Shown: positions 9,944-20,190, numbered from the stretch's first letter. The stretch is 64,000 bases of DNA from an uncultured Candidatus Saccharibacteria bacterium (GCA_964371255.1 CAYJKV010000005.1:13816-77815), one strand, 5' to 3'. Numbers and translations: made by a program. The notes: generated by a model not told the origin, from the letters alone.

Positions 9944-12241
9944 TTATGAATCCTTATCGTTAGTAATCTGGCGTAGTTCTGCAACCCCTACCCTCACCTC
10001 ATTGTAATTGAGAGTCGAGGCAACCTTCGATTGTGCTTCATTAATACCAGGAATACGGTGCAAAAGATTATAATATTCCTCTTCTAAATTACGAATGCCA
10101 CGGAAGAAATCGAGGCCTATTTTATCATCTTCCTCGCGAAACTTTTTCTTATATTCAGAATAAAGCGCGGATATTTTATCTGACGCGAGTTTTTTGGCAT
10201 CGTTATCTCCCTTTTTTCCTGCATAGAGAACAATGTAGGCAAGTTTATCTGCTATACGTGGTACGCGATAAAAAGCTTCCATATCCTTTTCTAGAATCTT
10301 TTTAGCAGCATAAGCAAGGGAATGTATGGCCGCATCAGTAATTTCTTTAGACTTAATATCAATTCCGTTCATTGCCGAGGTTGCCAGCAGGTCATCAAAA
10401 CCCCAACCTTCCTGCCCCGTAAAATTTGTAAGCTCCTTATATAATTTCTGGAAGTAATAGATTAGCCAGGATGCATCACCCTCGATTTTCTTTTTGTCAG
10501 CCATATTCTCGCCTCGCAGTAGCTCAAAGTAGATTAGTAGAATACTGCGGATATTCATCCCGATTTGATGCAGAAGAAAGGAACCATTCCTCACAATAGG
10601 TATCAGGTCACGGTAGAAGCGATGGCTTAATTCCTCACTGAATTCATAAAAGATATGATGATACTGGTCATAAAGTTCTTCGTTATTTGCACCAATCTTT
10701 TGAGCTAGACCGTAGAATGTATCCACTAAAGTTGTTTCGCCTGCGCCACTCATTATTGGTTCATAAGCGTGCGAAATATCAACTCGTCCCTTTAGGGTGC
10801 CAGTCTCTAATTGCGGTAATGACACAGAAATGAGGGCCTGAATATGTTGTAGTGTAGGTTGCAGTATTTGAGCCGCTATAAAGGGCTCCTGAATCGTGGC
10901 TACGCGCAAGATGCCTCCAAGTCCCTTTAGCGCATATGTAGTTAAATACCACTGCTGGTGAACCAAACCCAGCAGTCCCAATTCCTTTAGTTTTTCTTGG
11001 ATGGTTAAAACGGTAAGATATGACTTCTGTTGAACAAGAAATGCAGCAGTTGCGCCTAAAATACCTGAACCCTGAAGGCCAACATCATACATACCCTTGT
11101 GAATACACGTTTTGATGCTATCAAATAAGAAGCTTATCGCCATCGCAGCGACGCTATTTTCTACATTTTGTTTTGGTATTGGCTTTACCGCAGTAGCCGT
11201 GTAAGCAATTTCAGCAAATTCAGCAATAATCACCGAGGCCATTTCCTTGTCTTTGTTGCTGACTGCAATCTCAACAACGGAATGGAGGCGGTCATACACT
11301 TGTTCCATAAATCGGGAACTGGCAGTGCGAGGAATGCTGGAAGTAAAAAACATCCCCGTAAAATCCATAAAATTATTGAGTCGAATAGCAAGATATTGCC
11401 TAACTAAAATGGCAATGTAGTGCACTCCTGTCTTTACGACATCTAACCGTCGTTGTTCAGCAAAATGCTTAGTTATCTCAAAAATTTCATTGAGGTTGTA
11501 CTCAAATCCTTGCGTAAACTCTTTGGCATTATCGTAAACAAATGCTTGTCTTTCTTCCTTGCTTGGCGCAGGCATTGTTGTGTCCTTTGACGTAACACCG
11601 CCGAATAAAATAAATCTCTCAATATGTAGTGGCAGTTTTCGCAAATGTTTTATGCTGGGTAGAAAGTATAATTCTCGTATTTGGGTCGAGGGGTTAGCCA
11701 TTTTTGCTGCATAAGAAAAGACAGCCCACCAGAGCCCAAAACTTTCGATAAGAAAGAGACAGGCAAAGATTACAATAGGGAGGACAGTATATTTATTGAT
11801 TGGTATGAAGGTGAGAGCAAAAGATGCAAAAGCAATAATCGTCAGCGAAATAAACGCTAGGTAAAAAAGAGGCTTACGGCGAATTGCTTCGGCTGTACCA
11901 ACCGTTGATTTCTCAAGTGTTTGTTGTAAGGCAAATTGAGCCAAGCCAAAGACAATGACAGAGCCAGCGCCTAGAACAGTCCCGATGCCAATGGCAAGTT
12001 GTTGTAAGAGGCCTTCATTAGTTAAGCGGTACAGCAAATAACCTGTTATTGCTTCCTGGTAAAAGCCGAGCAGTACAAGTAGCAAGGCAAACAATGAAAG
12101 GGCAGATGAAAATAGCAATAGTTGCCTATGCGCATATAGCAGGCGCAGAATCTTCCAATAGCCATAAAACCAGGCCTTCAAGGCAGCTATACGAAAACGG
12201 TGCCAAATTCTGTTCTGATGCGGCATAAGCTTATTATGCAT
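9944..12241 (-). CDS. Large 4-TM membrane-anchored all-alpha protein (766 aa), hypothetical
   Basis: After the first ATG (12241) there are four hydrophobic helices, then about 550 aa that look predominantly helical. No Walker, nuclease or known catalytic motif seen. Low GC. Confidence 0.6.
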   Translation of the reverse strand: MHNKLMPHQNRIWHRFRIAALKAWFYGYWKILRLLYAHRQLLLFSSALSLFALLLVLLGFYQEAITGYLLYRLTNEGLLQQLAIGIGTVLGAGSVIVFGLAQFALQQTLEKSTVGTAEAIRRKPLFYLAFISLTIIAFASFALTFIPINKYTVLPIVIFACLFLIESFGLWWAVFSYAAKMANPSTQIRELYFLPSIKHLRKLPLHIERFILFGGVTSKDTTMPAPSKEERQAFVYDNAKEFTQGFEYNLNEIFEITKHFAEQRRLDVVKTGVHYIAILVRQYLAIRLNNFMDFTGMFFTSSIPRTASSRFMEQVYDRLHSVVEIAVSNKDKEMASVIIAEFAEIAYTATAVKPIPKQNVENSVAAMAISFLFDSIKTCIHKGMYDVGLQGSGILGATAAFLVQQKSYLTVLTIQEKLKELGLLGLVHQQWYLTTYALKGLGGILRVATIQEPFIAAQILQPTLQHIQALISVSLPQLETGTLKGRVDISHAYEPIMSGAGETTLVDTFYGLAQKIGANNEELYDQYHHIFYEFSEELSHRFYRDLIPIVRNGSFLLHQIGMNIRSILLIYFELLRGENMADKKKIEGDASWLIYYFQKLYKELTNFTGQEGWGFDDLLATSAMNGIDIKSKEITDAAIHSLAYAAKKILEKDMEAFYRVPRIADKLAYIVLYAGKKGDNDAKKLASDKISALYSEYKKKFREEDDKIGLDFFRGIRNLEEEYYNLLHRIPGINEAQSKVASTLNYNEVRVGVAELRQITNDKDS

Positions 12242-12254
12242 ATATAATGACGGT

Positions 12255-12638
12255 ATGGCACAAAATTTGACGGTTAAACAGCGCAGATTTGTTTCCGCCC
12301 TGGTAGAGCACGGTAATGCCACGCAAGCTGCTATTGATGCTGGCTACGAAGTACAAGACAGGATGTCAGCCAAAGTTATCGCCAGCCAGAACCTGGATAA
12401 GCCGAACATTCGCACAGCCCTTGATGCTGCCCTCTCACAGCGTGGCCTGGATGAGACTGCTATCGTTCAAGGACTTGCACGGCTTCTGGAATCCGAAAAC
12501 TTGGCTCACGTTGCCAGAGGCGTTGAGCTCCTATTAAAAATTAGAGGTGATGCCGCACCAAAACGAAGTATGCACGTACGTATGAGCTATGCCGAGCGAA
12601 TTAGGGAGGAATTAACCAGAAACGACCAACAAAACTGA
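12255..12638 (+). CDS. Phage terminase small-subunit-like protein (Terminase_2-type N-terminal HTH), orphan
   Basis: LTVKQRRFVSALVEHGNATQAAIDAGYEVQDRMSAKVIASQNL matches the conserved N-terminus of P27-family TerS (LT.KQ..F..Y...NATQAA..AGYS). No TerL, portal or capsid genes nearby. Confidence 0.7.
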   Translation: MAQNLTVKQRRFVSALVEHGNATQAAIDAGYEVQDRMSAKVIASQNLDKPNIRTALDAALSQRGLDETAIVQGLARLLESENLAHVARGVELLLKIRGDAAPKRSMHVRMSYAERIREELTRNDQQN

Positions 12639-12703
12639 CAACTGCCCATCCAAACTAAAATCCTGGAGGTCAATCTATGGAATCTGCAGAAATGTGGAAT
12701 TTT

Positions 12704-13474
12704 CTACTCATTATTTTTTACCCAGAAAATCACTCGTTTCTCTAAAAGGACAACCACCCAGAAAAATAAAATTCCAGCCAGTGCCGCCGCAATGACTGCA
12801 CTAAACATTTTTACTATCTCCAAGTGATAGGAGTTAACTAGAATTAAATACCCAATGCCTCTATTTGCACCAACAAACTCACCAACAATTGCCCCAACGA
12901 CAGCGAGCGAGGTTGATATTTTAAGAGCCGAAAAGATATAGGGTAAGGCATTTGGTAATCGCAGCTTAGTAAAAATTTGCCATTTGGTTGCCGACAGGCT
13001 GCGTAGTAGGTCTAATGCTTCAGTATCCACCGCCTTAAGCCCCTTTGTTGTATTAACTATGGCAGGAAAGAAAGCGATTAGGGCTGCCGCAGCAACTTTG
13101 GATGATATACCGTTACCGAACCATAGCAGGAGTAATGGAGCCATTGCGATAATAGGAGTTGTTTTAAGGGCAATAGCATAGGGATATAACCCTTTTTCAA
13201 GCGTAGATGAGTGAGCAAAGACAATAGCGACAAGTACACCAATGGCGTTAGCAAGTGCAAAACCAAGAAAAGCCTCCCAAAGAGTAATACCTGTATGAAA
13301 AGCAAGGGTGTGAATGTTGACGATGAAATCTATAACAATTGCCGATGGCGCAGGAAGAAGATACTGTGGCACCTCAAGTGCACGAACAGTAAACTCCCAA
13401 GCAATGAGTATTGCCACGAAGGCAACAGCAGGAGCAAGGAAGTATGTTATTCGTGAAGTTGATTTCGTAGCCAT
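12704..13474 (-). CDS. ABC transporter permease, NitT/TauT family
   Basis: About 6 TM helices. Genomic context is an ATPase and NMT1-like binding proteins. Confidence 0.8.
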   Translation of the reverse strand: MATKSTSRITYFLAPAVAFVAILIAWEFTVRALEVPQYLLPAPSAIVIDFIVNIHTLAFHTGITLWEAFLGFALANAIGVLVAIVFAHSSTLEKGLYPYAIALKTTPIIAMAPLLLLWFGNGISSKVAAAALIAFFPAIVNTTKGLKAVDTEALDLLRSLSATKWQIFTKLRLPNALPYIFSALKISTSLAVVGAIVGEFVGANRGIGYLILVNSYHLEIVKMFSAVIAAALAGILFFWVVVLLEKRVIFWVKNNE

Positions 13475-14187
13475 TGGATTTGGTCTAAATATTCTTTACT
13501 GCTTTTTGTCTCAATTGCACGGGGACGAGGTAGCTGTATGTCTCTTACTGCCGCGATAGTCGCGGGTCGGTCTGATAAAACTATCACCTTATCTGATAGA
13601 AAAACTGATTCGGATAATGAGTGGGTAACAAAGAGAATAGTTTTCTTAGTCTTCTGCCAAATGTCTAGCAAGACCAAATTCATTCTTTCTCGCGTAAGTT
13701 CATCTAAAGCTCCAAACGGCTCATCCATTAACAGAATGTCGGGATTAAAAACTAGCGCACGAGCTAGGGATACTCGTTGCTTCATTCCACCAGACAACGC
13801 ATCAGGATAGTAGCCCGCAAACTCTTTCAGTCCAATTAGCTCAATGAGCTCTTGTGCTTCGGCAAGAGGAGAAGTATCCCCAATAATCTCTAACGGGAGT
13901 TCTACATTCTTTAATACCGTCCGCCAGGGAAATAAAACGGGGTTCTGGAACACAAAACCAAGTTCTCTTTTTTTAACTGCTACATCAAGCGAACTCTCTT
14001 TGATGCTTATGTGCCCGCGCAGTGGAGGAAGGAGACCCCCAACTATTTTAAGTAGTGTTGTTTTACCACAGCCAGAGGGGCCGACAATACTGACAAACTC
14101 CCCCTCCTGTATTTGGAAATTAATATCACGCAGGACGTGGAGAGAATCATAGGAATGATAAACATTCTGGGCTGCAATGAACGACAT
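13447..14187 (-). CDS. ABC transporter ATP-binding protein, NitT/TauT family
   Basis: Walker A GPSGCGKTT, signature LSGGMKQR, Walker B LLMDEPFGALD. Confidence 0.9.
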   Translation of the reverse strand: MSFIAAQNVYHSYDSLHVLRDINFQIQEGEFVSIVGPSGCGKTTLLKIVGGLLPPLRGHISIKESSLDVAVKKRELGFVFQNPVLFPWRTVLKNVELPLEIIGDTSPLAEAQELIELIGLKEFAGYYPDALSGGMKQRVSLARALVFNPDILLMDEPFGALDELTRERMNLVLLDIWQKTKKTILFVTHSLSESVFLSDKVIVLSDRPATIAAVRDIQLPRPRAIETKSSKEYLDQIQWLRNQLHE

Positions 14188-15197
14188 TATGGTAAAAACT
14201 CATTAGTGAATACCTGACGAGGGTCTAATTCTTGTTTAAGCAATTCCTGCTGCTTTAGAATCTCTGTTGTAGACTCCCACACTGAAGCCTCCATCAAACC
14301 AACCTTTGATTTTGCAGGCTGAACCAGAAGCTTGGTTGCAGAAAAGCTATCTTGCTCAAATTGCTCATTAAGTTGCGGGTCATATTTTCTTGCTAGTGCG
14401 TGTGCCTCTTGCTCATTATTAACTGCATATTCCCACCCACGAATAGTGGCATTGAGAAATTTTTGCACCGTTTCGGGATGTTCATTAATAAAGTCCTCAC
14501 GGGCAAAGATAACCTGGGCATACATAGGAATTCCATAGTCTTTCGGGAAAATGAGATTTGTCTCGAACCCCTGCGCCCTGGCAATGATGGGCTCAACATT
14601 GATGAAGCCTGGCCAGACATCAACTTCCCTTCTAAAGAAAAGGGTCATATCAAATTTTACAGGCACCTCCGTAACATCGCTGGACTTGATATTAAACTGG
14701 CTCAGGAGAGCTCGGTAAAGGATTTCTGTATCAAGGCCAGTCTTAACGCCAATTTTCTTTCCTCTAAAATCGCTAGGTGTGGTTATGCCAGAATCTTTGT
14801 GCGAGAAATAAACGATAGGATTTTCTTTGTAAATCGCTGCTATCGCTTTAATCGGGATGTCTTTATTTCTTGCCTGCAGAACTTCTACTGCCCCAGCCAT
14901 TCCGAAAGTATCAGAGCCGCTAGCAACCAGCAGGATAGAATTATGGTCTACACCTCCTGGGTGAATATCAACCTTTAGTCCTTCGTTTTCATACAATCCT
15001 CTTTCTTGCGCGGCATAATATCCCTCAAATCCTGCACCGTGCAGCCAAGCCAGCCTCAAAGAAATATTTTCTGCGTTATCGCTTTGTTCAGTCCGATTCC
15101 ACCAGAGAGTAGCAGTAATAAGAGCGACGAATACGATAAGAAGTATAGTTGCTTTTGAGCCAGTTATCTTAGGAAATAGTGGCATATTATTGCACAA
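14187..15197 (-). CDS. ABC substrate-binding protein, NMT1/THI5/SsuA-like (paralog 1)
   Basis: Signal anchor, then LRLAWLHGAGFEGYYAAQERGLYENEGLKVD...VASGSDTFG, typical of NMT1-like periplasmic binding proteins. Confidence 0.8.
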   Translation of the reverse strand: MCNNMPLFPKITGSKATILLIVFVALITATLWWNRTEQSDNAENISLRLAWLHGAGFEGYYAAQERGLYENEGLKVDIHPGGVDHNSILLVASGSDTFGMAGAVEVLQARNKDIPIKAIAAIYKENPIVYFSHKDSGITTPSDFRGKKIGVKTGLDTEILYRALLSQFNIKSSDVTEVPVKFDMTLFFRREVDVWPGFINVEPIIARAQGFETNLIFPKDYGIPMYAQVIFAREDFINEHPETVQKFLNATIRGWEYAVNNEQEAHALARKYDPQLNEQFEQDSFSATKLLVQPAKSKVGLMEASVWESTTEILKQQELLKQELDPRQVFTNEFLP

Positions 15198-16194
15198 ACT
15201 CTGTAGTAAAAGTCTTGTCTATTTCTACCGCATTTTTCATAAAGCCTTGCTCCAATAGTAATGTTTGTATTGACCGCCAAGTGGCATCATCCATAAAACC
15301 GACAGGGTTACTGTCTGGCTTCACCAGTGGAATACTTGCTTTCATCATTTTGGTTTCGTGTTCCTGATTAAGCTTGTCGCTAGACTGCAATGTATAAACC
15401 ACCGCCTGTTCAGGATTTTGCAAAGCAGCCTCCCACCCCTCAATAGTTGCTTGGACAACTCGCTGCACCACATCGGGCTTGTTCTTAATCATCTCCTCGG
15501 TAGTGAACAAAGTATCAGCATAGAGATTCACACCATAATCACTCGGCCAAATTAAATTGACCTGATGACCTTGTTCTTCAGCAGTAAGCGGTTCATTAAT
15601 GGCATAACCTGGCCAAACGTCTACCTGCCTGGTAAGGAGCGGCGTAATATCAAACTTTACAGGAACTTCCTGAAAGGACTTAGAATCAACACCCGCTTTC
15701 TTAAGTACAGCACGATACGTTAATTCCTCATTGCCGCCCAACTTCACACCCACCTTCTTGCCAACAAAATCTTTCGGCGAAGTAATATCAGAATCTTTTA
15801 GTGAAAATAGTACAAAGGGACTTTTTCGGTAAATAACCGCAAGTGCCACGACAGGAATTTCCTTTTCTCGCGCCAGCAAAATCTGGTCTGCCCCTGTTAC
15901 ACCAAATTGGTCTGACCCGCTAGCAACCATCTGAATTGCAGGAAAATCAACACCCCCTGGCTGAAGTGTGACGTTTAGATTTTTATCCTTGTAGAATCCT
16001 CCTTTATCGGCAAAGTAGAAACCTGCAAATTGAGCTTGGTTTAGCCACTTAAGACGAATAGAGACATTTTCTCCGTTTCCTGTCTCTAATAATGAATTAT
16101 TTTTACGAGCTGAAATTCCCCACCACAGAAGGGCACCTATTCCCATCACTATTATTGCGGCAATCAAAGTTTTCTTACTTGAGTTCATTATCAT
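15187..16194 (-). CDS. ABC substrate-binding protein, NMT1/THI5/SsuA-like (paralog 2)
   Basis: Paralogous to 14187-15197 (IRLKWLNQAQFAGFYFADKGGFYKDKNLNVTLQPGGVD..MVASGSDQFG). Confidence 0.8.
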   Translation of the reverse strand: MIMNSSKKTLIAAIIVMGIGALLWWGISARKNNSLLETGNGENVSIRLKWLNQAQFAGFYFADKGGFYKDKNLNVTLQPGGVDFPAIQMVASGSDQFGVTGADQILLAREKEIPVVALAVIYRKSPFVLFSLKDSDITSPKDFVGKKVGVKLGGNEELTYRAVLKKAGVDSKSFQEVPVKFDITPLLTRQVDVWPGYAINEPLTAEEQGHQVNLIWPSDYGVNLYADTLFTTEEMIKNKPDVVQRVVQATIEGWEAALQNPEQAVVYTLQSSDKLNQEHETKMMKASIPLVKPDSNPVGFMDDATWRSIQTLLLEQGFMKNAVEIDKTFTTEFVQ

Positions 16195-16265
16195 ATTTGC
16201 TATTTATAAAATGCAGTGGTTTCAGGAAAAAGTCCACTTTTCCTGTACCCTAAAGAGCAAATATT

Positions 16266-16484
16266 TTAATGCAGTCCTCGGAAGAGTTCTGCTAAAGAGA
16301 CTCCTAAAGCTCTAGCAATTTTCTCAATGTTAATGATGGATACGTTCTGCTCACCACGCTCAACAGAGCCAATGTAGGTGCGGTGTATTTTAGCTTTCAT
16401 CCCCAAGTCCTCTTGCGAGAAGCCACGCTGTAGCCGTAGCTGCCGCACTCGTTCCCCTAAGTAATAACGTATATCCCGTGCCAT
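16266..16484 (-). CDS. XRE-family helix-turn-helix transcriptional regulator (cI/Cro-like)
   Basis: LRLQRGFSQEDLGMKAKIHRTYIGSVERGEQNVSIINIEKIARALGVSLAEL is a classic HTH_3 sequence. Divergent from the downstream + strand gene block. Confidence 0.8.
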   Translation of the reverse strand: MARDIRYYLGERVRQLRLQRGFSQEDLGMKAKIHRTYIGSVERGEQNVSIINIEKIARALGVSLAELFRGLH

Positions 16485-16589
16485 ATCTGTATGGTCGGGC
16501 TGATGCAGTCAATGAATCTACAGACAATAACTAGCATTAGCATTGAGCTAGTGATACGGTAGTAATGATGACTATAACTAGCGTTCTTT

Positions 16590-16958
16590 ATGCCGCTTCG
16601 TAATATATTCATAACCCTGGCTATAATTGTTTTAGGCTGTTTGGTGCTGGGGTGGCTGTTTGGTTCAATCACAAGTGCTGCATATTCTTACAGAAAACGG
16701 ATAGACCCTGTTGGGCAATATTATCTGGATATTTTGTGGTGGAAACAGCAAGGGTGGGACTTGCTTAGATACGGCATAGGCGGATTCTTTATCTGTGTAC
16801 CGATGATTTTTGCTTTCTTTTTTCTGTTTGATAGTTTTAATGACTTGTTCAATCAAAATCCGCTTTCGCCAGTATTCCTCGGCAAGATGTTAATTCTATT
16901 TTTCGTGTCGGGTTTTTTGATGTATTCAGCCAACTCAATTCTTGAAAGCAGAGAATAA
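16590..16958 (+). CDS. Small membrane protein, hypothetical
   Basis: 122 aa with 3-4 hydrophobic helices. Confidence 0.45.
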   Translation: MPLRNIFITLAIIVLGCLVLGWLFGSITSAAYSYRKRIDPVGQYYLDILWWKQQGWDLLRYGIGGFFICVPMIFAFFFLFDSFNDLFNQNPLSPVFLGKMLILFFVSGFLMYSANSILESRE

Positions 16959-17342
16959 ATGACAAAAAAGCACGGTATCGTTCGCCTCGCCTTTCTTGAC
17001 GACGGCCTATCATCGCTGGCGTATGTCCTACACACGCTACAATCAGCCCAGCCTGTGTTGGAGAGTCAGGGAGTAATAATAGCCCTCACCATCCTGCCTA
17101 AGTCCTTACCCCAAACCAGGCACTACGTTGAAACAATGATACTGCGGCAGCAAGATATTCTCTTGTATAACCAGGAGCATCTAAAAAATGACACAGCCAC
17201 CTTATTTGGGGTTAAAGAAGTACAACCATACAGACTATGGCTACGGGAAGGTCAAGAGCACAATTCTGACGACTACGGCACGCTCCAAGAAGCCCTGCAA
17301 GCCGTGTTTGCTCACCTTAAAGTACAAACCCCAGCACTATGA
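16959..17342 (+). CDS. Hypothetical protein
   Basis: Starts at the stop of the previous ORF. No recognisable motif. Confidence 0.4.
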   Translation: MTKKHGIVRLAFLDDGLSSLAYVLHTLQSAQPVLESQGVIIALTILPKSLPQTRHYVETMILRQQDILLYNQEHLKNDTATLFGVKEVQPYRLWLREGQEHNSDDYGTLQEALQAVFAHLKVQTPAL

Positions 17343-17508
17343 TTACTCTCGAACAAGCCCGTAAATTTTATCCCAAAGACCAGTGTCCGCCTGACGACGT
17401 GATACTCCGCGTTCTCGCTTCATCTTACCGCCTCGCAGAAATGGAGTGGGACATTATGATGGACGAAAAAGCAGCAGAACGAAAAAAGAAAGATGGTAAG
17501 AAAAACCT

Positions 17509-17715
17509 ATGACTGTTGCCGAAGCACGCAAGTACCTTACTCCCGAAGATAACCAACGTCTGTCAGACGCAGAGGTGCAAAAACTCTTGGCCGAGGATTA
17601 TACTCTGGCAGATATAGCCATTGATGAAGTGCTGAACAATGGGCCGTTTTACAGGAAGTTGAAAAAGGAGAAAGATAAAAACAATGCCAAAGACTATCCG
17701 CATTCTGTTACTTGA
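17509..17715 (+). CDS. Hypothetical small protein
   Basis: 68 aa. Overlaps the next ORF. Confidence 0.3.
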   Translation: MTVAEARKYLTPEDNQRLSDAEVQKLLAEDYTLADIAIDEVLNNGPFYRKLKKEKDKNNAKDYPHSVT

Positions 17716-18097
17716 GGACGACCTGGCAACAGTTTCGGCTATCGCCCAAAAGCTGGCTGAGTTGGAACAGGATTTGCAGGAGCGCGGCACCGACATCGCC
17801 TTAACTGTACTATCTGAATACACGCAGGTGGAGCAATACATCAACACTGATAAAGTTCATCAATATGATATTGTCCTCCTTGACCGCGACTGCAAAGCTG
17901 GCGGGTCTTTCCACGCCCTGGATTTTGAGAGGATTGGCGTTGAGAAAATAATCTCCATTTCATCTACCCCGCAGTGGAACGAAGAAGCGCAAGCGCGAGG
18001 TATAACTAACGTTGTTTGGAAGGATTATAGCAACCTTGAAAACTTTGCAGCCGAACTATCGCACATTATCAGGAGCACCATAGCTGACTTGGCGTAA
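17684..18097 (+). CDS. Stand-alone CheY-like receiver-domain protein
   Basis: IRILLLEDD...DIVLLDRDC...IISISS resembles the acidic pocket, phospho-acceptor Asp and conserved Ser/Thr of REC domains. No output domain. Confidence 0.5.
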   Translation: MPKTIRILLLEDDLATVSAIAQKLAELEQDLQERGTDIALTVLSEYTQVEQYINTDKVHQYDIVLLDRDCKAGGSFHALDFERIGVEKIISISSTPQWNEEAQARGITNVVWKDYSNLENFAAELSHIIRSTIADLA

Positions 18098-18144
18098 CTG
18101 CTTTTCAGAGCCACACTAAAATTGGTTGCGTAAGGCGGCCACTA

Positions 18145-18909
18145 ATGAAAATGACGATGAAAGAACACGATAAAACTTTAGCTGACTATTATGCTGATGT
18201 AGTGCGGCGGATTAGCGAGCAGGCGGCGATTGAGGGGTATGGCAGTGAAATGATGGTTACTTTGCATCCGCCAAAACAAAAGACAGAAGCAGACATTATC
18301 TACAATTTGCATAATCGCGGAGCCCTGTGCATTACTGACAACAGCCAAGACACGATAACCCTGATAGCTTTACCTGAATTACAACGCTTACTTACTCCAA
18401 CGAACCGTGACATTAAATCCACCCGTGACCTCGCGACCATTGACTACGCTTTGCCACGGCCATCTGACGAGCGCAAGACATCGCCTGTTATGCAAAGCAG
18501 TGGCAACGCTTCAATTAAGTACCGAGACGAACCGCCCAAACCCAAACAAAAGCTGGGCTGGAAAGATACTTATTATCAACCAGGACACGCCGTATTTGAG
18601 CGCACTGCTGACAATAAAGGAGCCCTGAAAATTGTCGGCTACCAATCACTTTCATTTGAGAACATCCCCGCAGATATTGTTGAGTTTTTCTGTGCTCTAC
18701 CCCACCCCGACTCAAAGAAGCCGCGAACTTATGGTGACCTTCCAACAAGGATAAGGGACAAATGTAATAGTGAGCGGTATAGGAAAGCCATCGCAGAAAT
18801 TAACAAACGGTTCCGCAGGCATACGGAAGAAAAGTTTGGTGACCTAATCCATCGGGTAAAAAAAGAGCCTGGATACAACGAAGCCAACGAATACTATTGG
18901 GGATTATAG
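18145..18909 (+). CDS. Hypothetical protein (254 aa)
   Basis: No recognisable motif. Confidence 0.45.
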   Translation: MKMTMKEHDKTLADYYADVVRRISEQAAIEGYGSEMMVTLHPPKQKTEADIIYNLHNRGALCITDNSQDTITLIALPELQRLLTPTNRDIKSTRDLATIDYALPRPSDERKTSPVMQSSGNASIKYRDEPPKPKQKLGWKDTYYQPGHAVFERTADNKGALKIVGYQSLSFENIPADIVEFFCALPHPDSKKPRTYGDLPTRIRDKCNSERYRKAIAEINKRFRRHTEEKFGDLIHRVKKEPGYNEANEYYWGL

Positions 18910-19433
18910 TCCGTCGGGTGGTCGTCGGGTGTAGATAACTTTTGATTGAAAGGCTACATAAGCTTTCAATTTTTTGGCTAAAAATTACGTAAGCGTCCTG
19001 TTCCCGTCCGACGAGACGCGACCCTACCGTTGTAGGTAATGACACGAAGCATTACCTCAACTCAACACTGGACGACCAGCGACCTCGCAATGGCTGCTGC
19101 TATTTCGTTATGGGAACCAATTGAGGACATTGATACTTCGCGACCACGAGCAGTTTTCAAGTTTGCAAACTGTCAGCGAGTACAAGAACTGGCAGACAAA
19201 TACCACCGTGGAGTAATTCGCATCGAGCCACGCCAATTTTTTGACCAAATCCGCGCCGTCAAAGCGCGGATATACGCCTAATTTTATGCAGCCCACTGCC
19301 ACACAGGTTGCCCGTTACCAAGAACTGTACCGCCGCTACGGTATTGAAATTACCGAACAGCAAGCCCGCGAGGAAGGTGCAGCCCTAATGCAGCTTGTGT
19401 CGCGTATTTACCGACCCTTAACGCAAAAGGAAT

Positions 19434-19910
19434 ATGAACACTACCGACCAACCAAGCGATAATACAAAAAAAGAACCGCTCCCAACCACGGAAACGGTTT
19501 CTTCTATTTCCAGTGTACCGCAGGAGGACTACTACGCAAGCCGAGGTACTAAAGAGTGGCGTCAGGAACAAATTAGGAGCCTACGGGAGCGGCTGACTGA
19601 CCCGCGCTGGCACGTTCGTATGCCTGGAACGCTCTTTACGACCAAATGGCGAGAACTGTTAGGAAAAGGTACCTGTTATCAACTTTTAGCGGTGTTGATG
19701 CGAACGTGTAGCTGGGAACGCCGTGAGTGGCACGGGAACATCTTTCAGTTGGCAGCAGTTATGGGGTTATCCGAGCGGACGGTGCGCTATCAACTCAACA
19801 AACTAAAGCAGATTGATGGTTTCAAGGTACACCGTCACCCGTGGTCAATCACGATTTATATGCCTGACCGCATTTTTCCCAAAGATAAACGAGAGGGAAA
19901 GAAGGTATGA
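19434..19910 (+). CDS. Winged-helix DNA-binding protein (replication-initiator / DnaD-like?)
   Basis: The C-terminal region LAAVMGLSERTVRYQLNKLKQIDGF looks like a wHTH recognition helix. Confidence 0.4.
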   Translation: MNTTDQPSDNTKKEPLPTTETVSSISSVPQEDYYASRGTKEWRQEQIRSLRERLTDPRWHVRMPGTLFTTKWRELLGKGTCYQLLAVLMRTCSWERREWHGNIFQLAAVMGLSERTVRYQLNKLKQIDGFKVHRHPWSITIYMPDRIFPKDKREGKKV

Positions 19911-20190
19911 CCAGCTTACTAAAATGCGCGGCAATGGACTTCCAGCGTGCGGCAACCATACAAACACACATCGGCAATCGTCGTCCAGTGAACGGCAACA
20001 TAACGGATTTTGACAGCTTTTTTCCTTTTGGAAAAGTTACTCAATTTAGCCAGGAAATAAGGGTGAACGGCAATTTTTGTGCGCGCTGTACTAACTCCTT
20101 ATCGAATACGAATATCCAGCTCTTTTTAACAACTCATTCGAGAGGTGCGCAGATTTTTCTGAAGAAAAATCTGCTGCCCCAGGGGGCTTT

